Source of the DNA: Eledone cirrhosa
Taxonomy: Eukaryota
DNA: 64,000 nt
Assembly (NCBI GenBank): GCA_964016885.1
Contig: OZ024740.1
Coordinates: forward strand, 208,134,001-208,198,000
Reading direction: 5' to 3'
The notes below the pieces were generated by a model. The model was not told where the DNA came from. It saw only the letters and a list, made by a program, of their open reading frames with translations, and ran no database searches. This document shows, piece after piece, positions 56,307 through 64,000 of the stretch. The position numbers and the translations under genes are program-made. Each line of letters starts with the position of its first letter. Position 1 is the stretch's first letter.

Positions 56307-56656
56307 TATATTAATAAGAGGAATTCCAACTTTGTCTGATTTACTCGTTTTATTTACAATCCTTTAAAATTTATAATGGTATTATAATGAAATAGTGTGA
56401 TAAAATATTAAATGTTAAGTTTTAAGTGAACAAGTACTTTCATGCTTTCGCAATCTTCAGGTTCATAATGTGTGGTGACAGTCACTTGACTGTCACCACA
56501 CATTATGAACCTGAAGATTGCGAAAGCATGAAAGTACTTGTTCACTTAAAACTTAACATTTAATATTTTATCACACTATTTCATTATAATACCATTATAA
56601 ATTTTAAAGGATTGTAAATAAAACGAGTAAATCAAACAGAGTTGGAATTCCTCTTA

Positions 56657-56664
<8 letters not shown>
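56307..56664. repeat. Near-perfect palindrome, ~178-bp arms with a 2-nt centre
   Basis: Symmetry centre at 56485/56486; about 2 mismatches near the outer ends. Confidence 0.95.
56506..56544 (+). ncRNA. Minimal type I hammerhead ribozyme (mirror copy on - strand, 56427-56465)
   Basis: tgaac CTGAAGA t-tgc-gaaa-gca-t GAAA gtac TT gttca; palindromic stem III AGTACT. Confidence 0.88.
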
Positions 56665-56734
<70 letters not shown>

Positions 56735-56838
56735 TGTCTGTCTGATGGTAGGTAAGATGCTTCTATAGGCAGTATGCCGGTTGAGCACTCTATGCTCTTA
56801 CAGAGCAGAGTATGATGCATCACTGATTTTTCGTTTTC

Positions 56839-56939
<101 letters not shown>

Positions 56940-57304
56940 TATATATATCACTCTCTATATATAAAATCATTTGTCTCTCTGTCTCTCTGCCTTTTCCTTA
57001 TGCATCCCAAACGGCTCGAGCAAATCAAATCAAATTTTACGAGGTAATAGTATTAGACCCCAGGAGTGTGAATATTTGGTTTCATTTCGATTAAAGCAAT
57101 ATAACATTTTATCTAAAATAGTCTACTATTGACAACTATAAGTAAACAGATATTTTATAACACGACGACGACGTCACATTTTGTATAGGAGTGTGTCCGT
57201 GAGTGTGTGTGTTTGCACGTTCGTTACATGCGTTACATCTTAGTACGTTACATACACACACATCTTCACGTAAATACTTAATCAGATACACAGACAAGAG
57301 AATT

Positions 57305-57380
<76 letters not shown>

Positions 57381-57663
57381 CTACACATGCATATACATAA
57401 ATGTTTTGTGGCTAGCGTCTCCGATTCAAAAGCTGGTTTACACACAAACACGCTCACACACACAAACACACACATGAGCGCGCTCACATACACATATACA
57501 CATTTATATACAATTATCTATATATATATATACATCTATATTTATATATAATTATCTATATCTATATGTATACAATTATCTATATCTATATACAATTATC
57601 TATATCTATATATTTAATATAAAATATTAAAATCCTTTTGAGAAACGTGGACATACTACATCT

Positions 57664-58152
57664 ATGCAATGGCACACATTTTACAGTCAGGCGATGAGGA
57701 ACCATCTCCTAGAGGTCACTATTCTTGGAGGCAATCATCAAGGAGAAAATGCATTTATTCCAAAGATTCCTCTTATCCCTTCCTCTACCAAGCTGGTGTT
57801 CAAATTCTCAGAACTTCAGTTCCCTGTTAGAGCCAGTTTTGTTATGACCATATATAAAGCTCAGGCTCAGAGTTTCAAAGTTGTAGGATTGAATATGAGA
57901 GAATCGGCTTTTACTCATAGACAGTTATATGTATGTTATTCGCGAGTAGGAACACCTAGAAATCTTCATATACTACGCACTACGCACTAAAAAGAATTTG
58001 GTGTATCTGGAAAATTTGTTACTGTTTTCCGTTTTGTGACACACACCACAGTCTCACCTCATACCAGACAAACATCCAGCACAGTCACTTTCTCTTCTAC
58101 CCGTCTTCTCTTATCATCTGTTTACCCGGGCGAAGCTGGTTATATCAGCTGG
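57664..58152 (+). mobile_element. Helitron RepHel (PIF1-like helicase) C-terminal fragment with 3' terminus
   Basis: FIPKIPLIPS..LQFPVRASFVMTIYKAQAQS..VGL..FTHRQLYVCYSRVG; degenerate terminal hairpin CCCGGGCGAAGCTGG...CTGGT. Confidence 0.8.
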
Positions 58153-58740
58153 TACATATATATATAAAGGTAGGTATAAACACAACGGCGATGCCGAGCG
58201 GTTTTGGTTCATATTCGGCAAGTCTTTCCAAAGATTTATATCTTCATTTATACCCACTATGTTTATTTGTTCTACACCATCTTGTTTTTTATATGTTCAC
58301 ACAAAAACAAGATGGTGTAGGACAGAACAAAATAAAGACACAAAATTAAAACACAGAAGAAGTATAGGTCAGATAGAAGAAGAATAAACAAACGCGCATG
58401 CAAATACTTGCACACACACATACACAGATACAGAAACACACACACAAATAAAAACTCAAACACACACACAAATAAAAACAAAAAAACACACATGCTCATA
58501 AGCTTATCTTCACGCACACAAATACACACATGCCCACCTGCTCACATGCACACAATGAAACACAAAAATAGAACGAATTGATAAACAAATTTTTTTTAAA
58601 TCAATTTTCATAGAAATATCGGCCAACAAAAACATATAAATAGGAAAGTTGACGCCCAAGTAAAGAAACAAACATACAAATACACACACATACACAAACA
58701 CAAACGCATACAAACACAGATAAACAAATACACACACGCA

Positions 58741-58783
<43 letters not shown>

Positions 58784-59028
58784 ATGCAATTAATGAAACA
58801 ACACCAAACTTACTACCTTGACAATGCCAACAAACAAAAACAGGTGGAATAATACACGTTATTACTGATGGGAGTCAACTCTAAAAAATAAAAGCGTCTT
58901 CTTCCCTTATAAATACTCTGTCGGATACCATTTAGGGAACCACGACGTGGAGTGCTTAACAAGGAACACACCATAGATGGTTGACCTAAAAAATCAACAA
59001 CAAATTGCTATACAGAGAGAGAGAGAGA

Positions 59029-59112
<84 letters not shown>

Positions 59113-59157
59113 AAATACGAAGGACACATGGAGTTGTATGTAAGTTTATTTCCATAT

Positions 59158-59239
59158 CCATAATATATATATTTCACTGGTGTCGACTGCTAGGTAGTGC
59201 TCTTCCTACCCAATCCCTCAGCCTGAGCTCGTCAGATGG
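59158..59239 (-). ncRNA. Hammerhead ribozyme candidate with long stem II
   Basis: Minus strand: ccat CTGACGA gct...tgggtag/ctaccta...agt GAAA tatatata TT atgg. Short inverted repeat 59236-59251 / 59321-59335. Confidence 0.55.
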
Positions 59240-59741
59240 TATAAAAAATATACAGGGACGAGCATGCCCAGAACCAACAATGCATATCACCGGTCCCTTG
59301 TATCATAAAAATTTGTTTAAATATTTTTATACCATATATTATATATGGCGGTGGAGGGTGTAAGTGTTTATACATATGTGTGAGTCATTGTATATCTGTT
59401 TAAGACTGTGCATAAAGTTGAATCCCTTTACATCAAAAGGTAATAAAGACTACATTGATACAACACTAAAAAGACAATGAGGGAGTCTTTATGTGGTCAT
59501 TCGACATGCTCGAAATAGCAGCTTAATGTCCATCAAATTACATCTTATCATATAAACTGGAAGGACAAAAGATAATGTAATCCTAGATTCATTGTGTTTG
59601 AGTACAATGGGAGTGAAAATGAGTAATATCCTTGATCATACGCCGTTTTGATTAGGGCTGACCTAAATTTCAACACGATAACAATTCAACTAACTTATGT
59701 TTTAGTAAGAAGGCGGCAAAATGCAGAACATATATATATAT

Positions 59742-59847
<106 letters not shown>

Positions 59848-60258
59848 CCCCAACGGATTATTTTAAATCTACTGTGATTTAAACATATCCGACACTAATT
59901 TGCATAATAGACTAAATAAATTTAATAACCCCACTATCCGGGAGCTTCCAACAGAAATGGTCGCATTATTTAAGGGTATGTCAATATTTATTTATAAAAC
60001 TGATCTATATTATATTTTATCTACTGAAAGCACACCATAATTTAACTTGGTGTCCTTGAAATATGTATAATGAAATAAATATGGTTTTATAGATATAGTT
60101 TCCATTTGTTAATATATCGTATTTTTACTCCAATAATTTGTTGAGTGCTTTATATCAGTTATAAAAATATTTGCTTGTTGTATCCCAACAATTTAAATTG
60201 AACTTCTACATATATTCTGCTCCTTTATTGTCGAGCGCTTTATAATATAATTTAAAAA

Positions 60259-62060
60259 ATGGAATTCTTTAAGATCTCTTCTTCTCTAAAGGACATACCT
60301 ATACCTAGGAATAAAGACTTTATTAAACAATTAATAGAAAAATCAGACTCTTTTATAAGAAGAATCAGGTGGCGTGCTTTCCACTTCGATAAACCTGTGT
60401 AAATGAGAATGTTTCCAATCTTGATAAAATCTTCAAATCTAACCCGGACTTTGGCATACTTAGCAAGAATATTTTAGACAGAATAATACCACAAATTAAG
60501 GAATTATTTTATTTAAAATTATGGAAAGGAACTAATGAAGTTATCGAATGGTTTAAAGAAATTAAATATAACTATAATAATAAGTTTATTCAATTGGATA
60601 TTGCTAATTATTACTCATCCATCACTCCTAATCTACTTAATAAAGCACTAACATATGCATTTAAACATACAGACTTAATTAGTAATGAAATGCACATTAT
60701 CTTAACGGCACGGAAAACATTAATTGAATTTAACAACCAACTCTGGACTAGAGCAGATAGAAATAATAATTTCGATATCACTATGGGATCATCCGATTCC
60801 ACTCAGGTAACGGATCTTGTGGGCCTTTTTATAAATAATTCTCTACATAGAAAAATACCTGAGATGACCGGAGGTTTATATCGTGACGACATGCTATTAC
60901 TTATCGAAAATAATAACTGTGAATTAAATAAGAAAAGAAAAGATGTTATACAATTTTTTAATTACCTTAATCTAAAAGTAGAAATAGAGAATAACCATAA
61001 AATAGTTAATTTTCTAGATGTAACCTTAAACCTTAACACATGTCTTTATTATCCATTTCACAAACTAAACGAGAACTTAAACTACGTTAATTTCAGATCC
61101 GTTAAAAATACTATAGCGAATTCTGTACAGCAACGCATCTCTAGAATTTCAGCTAATAGGAATATATTTGATGATAAAGCACATTATTAGAACGAAGCGT
61201 TAGGTAGAGCTGGATATAGAAATAAAATTAAATACATTGATAATAATAATATAACAACTAACCATAATCTTAACAATTTTAACAACTATAATAGAAAACC
61301 TTACAATAATTCGGAAAACAAAAAAAGAAATAGAACTAGGAATATATTATGGTTCGCTCCTCCTTTCTCATTAAATATTAAAACTCCTATTACTAAACTA
61401 TTCTTTAAAGCTCTTGACAAATGCTTCCCTAGAACACATAAATATTACTCAATATTTAATAGACATACTATAAAATTAACTTATTCATCCACCAAAGTTT
61501 TAGCGCAGAATATTAATAGAATTAATAATAGAAATTTAAAACCTAACCAAAATACCACTAATAACCCCAGCAATATTCAATTTAGTAATACAGCTCAATT
61601 TAATAATACAGCTCCTAGTGACTTAAATTTTGATAAATGTAACTGTAGAAATAAATTTAAGTGTCCGTTAAATAACAATTGCTTAGCTAAAAATATAGTA
61701 TATCATTGTAATGTAAAAACTAATTTAAATTCATTTAATTATGTTGGATCTACTTCTACAGATTTTAAATCTCGTTTTAATAACCATAAATGCTCTTTTA
61801 CGCATTTAAACAAAAAATCTTCAACTTCTCTATCTAGTTTATTATGGGACCTTAAATTAAAGAACGTTAAATATTCGTTACTTTGGAATATTATTTCAAA
61901 AGCTACTCCATTTAGCTCCTCTTCAGAAAATTGTGATCTTTGTATAGAGGAAATATTCTTTATATTAAAAAGCAAAAATTCCCTGAACATAAGGAGAAAT
62001 CTTTTCAGTTGCTGCAAACATAGATTGAATTCAACGTTTAAATATAAATTTAAAATGTAA
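60259..62060 (+). pseudogene. Penelope-like RT + GIY-YIG ORF, disrupted and internally deleted
   Basis: KDIPIP..IEKSDSFIRRIRWRAFHF, DIANYYSSI, TMGSSDSTQVTDLVG, GLYRDD, CNCRNKFKCPL..C...IVYHC..YVGSTSTDFKSRFNNH..C.LC..E..CKH. Confidence 0.88.
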
Positions 62061-62571
62061 TATATAACTCATTCTATTAAATATATTGAACCTATCGATA
62101 AATCATTAGATTCCTTCATTTGACTGCTTAAAACTCTCATTATAAAATAAATTTTTTTCCTAGAAAGTTTTTCTAGATAAACATACTGAAGGCTCTTAAA
62201 AGGGGAAAATATTTTCTTTAAAAGTTTCTCCTATTTTTGAAAGTTTCTCTTTCTTTCTCTTTTTCTTTGAAAATTTCTCATATGGTTATAAAAATTAAGT
62301 TAAACATACTGAGAGTTAAATATTATATTATATATATAAAAAAATTAAAATTCATTTTTATACTGAATTTTTTAGACATATTCTTATTTTAAAATTATAT
62401 CTTAAAATATTTTTTAATATTTTTTAAAATTATATTGCTTTAAAGTTATATTGCTTAAAATTATATGAATATATTTCCAAATCGTAATTCCTTTTAAAAC
62501 TATAATTCATTTTTATTTTATATATTATGCACTTTAATTATACTATGTACTTTATATTTATCTCTTTATTT

Positions 62572-62646
<75 letters not shown>

Positions 62647-63062
62647 ATGCATGTCTACCGGTAGGTGTATATCTGTGTATGTGTATCTATGTAGGGGTTG
62701 TGTATATGTATATATACATACAATTCGAATGCACTCTGTTATAAAGGATTTCTTACGGTTTATAATAAACAAACTTATATAATAACAGTCACAACTACAT
62801 AACAGGTGGATTTATTAGATATAAAATTTATAAAATTTATAAAATTATAAGGTTTGTATAATCTTATATTTCCTTTATTATCTTAACATTTATAACATTT
62901 AATATAAGTAAATAACTTAATTTCCTTCACGCTGTTTTGCTATTACATAGAAATGATTTTTCTCCGATTTTTTCTCCGATTTCTCCGAAAAATCTATAAG
63001 TTTAGAAAAATTCCTATATCTTAAACATAAAAAGTCCTTTATTGTATGTATATATGTATGTG

Positions 63063-63108
<46 letters not shown>

Positions 63109-63720
63109 CATATGTATATATATGAATATATTCTTTTAATAATATATAGTTTTAATAATATATAGATTTTAATAATATATAGATCTCAATTTTAATGTAT
63201 AGATCTCAATAATTTAATTGATAATTTAATTGATAAACTAAACATTTAATCATATTTAAACACTTGTTAAAATTCTCCAGTTTTTATTATTTATTTATTT
63301 TCTATGCACGCTTATTTACTTTTCCTAACTCATCCAATAAATATTTATTTTTTCACTTCATCTTAAAAGTTACGCTAATACAACAACCTATCACTTATGG
63401 CTTTCTCTTTCTCTTTCTCTTTCTCTTTCTCTTTCTCTTTCTCTTTTTCTCTTTTCTTTTTTCTTCTCTTTCTCTTTCTCTTTCTCTTTTTCTTGTTTTC
63501 TTATTTTCCACTTAGAGTTTGCTCTTTTTTCTCTTTTTTCTCTTTCTTTTCTTTCCCCCAACGGATTATTTTAAATCTACTGTGATTTAAACATATCCGG
63601 CACTAATTTGCATAATAGACTAAATAAATTTAATAACCCCACTATCCGGGAGCTTCCAACAGAAATGGTCGCATTCTTTAAGAGTATGTCAATATTTATT
63701 TATAAAACTGATCTATATTA

Positions 63721-63785
63721 TATTTTATCTGATGAAAGCACACCATAATTTAACTTGGTGTCCTTGAAATATGTATAATGAAATA
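63721..63785 (+). ncRNA. Type I hammerhead ribozyme in the 3' pLTR
   Basis: tattttat CTGATGA aag-c-acacc..ggtgt-c-ctt GAAA tatgta TA atgaaata. Confidence 0.8.
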
Positions 63786-63826
63786 AATATGGTTTTATAA
63801 ATATAGTTTCCATTTGTTAATATATC

Positions 63827-63889
<63 letters not shown>

Positions 63890-63922
63890 GTTCTTCATTT
63901 TGGCGTGAATTCCTTTTTCTTT

Positions 63923-63958
<36 letters not shown>

Positions 63959-64000
63959 TAATTTAATATATCTACTAACATAAGCGCACAGATGTACGCT

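Larger units (their letters stand above)
59848..63830 (+). mobile_element. Penelope-like element with ~275-bp direct pseudo-LTRs in (TA)n
   Basis: 59848-60122 repeats at 63556-63830; both outer ends abut (TA)n; RT/GIY-YIG coding region in between. Confidence 0.92.

Overview
Repeat-dominated, AT-rich eukaryotic (metazoan) DNA with very dense microsatellites ((TA)n, (CA)n, (GA)n, (CATA)n, (AAT)n). The SINE and TE repertoire suggests a coleoid cephalopod such as octopus (inference only). No intact host protein-coding gene could be identified with confidence; most short ORFs in the track are microsatellite translations. Main contents: (1) three Tx1/L1-clade LINEs, one full length with an uninterrupted 1145-aa ORF2 (3818-7255); (2) two near-complete Penelope-like elements (RT plus C-terminal GIY-YIG, with pseudo-LTRs) and further fragments; (3) RTE, R4/Dong-like and CRE-like LINE fragments; (4) Helitron pieces; (5) about ten copies of a tRNA-derived SINE, several with TSDs; (6) an AADAT-like pseudogene fragment. 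The most striking signal is about 11 type I hammerhead ribozyme (HHR) motifs, read by eye, from several unrelated families. Many sit in short non-coding fold-back or direct-repeat elements embedded in (TA)n tracts, and several share a downstream TTGAGTRC motif. This suggests a system of non-autonomous, ribozyme-bearing Penelope-dependent mini-elements. All three Tx1 LINEs also carry a splice-donor-like AGG-TRAGT that overlaps the ORF1 stop codon.
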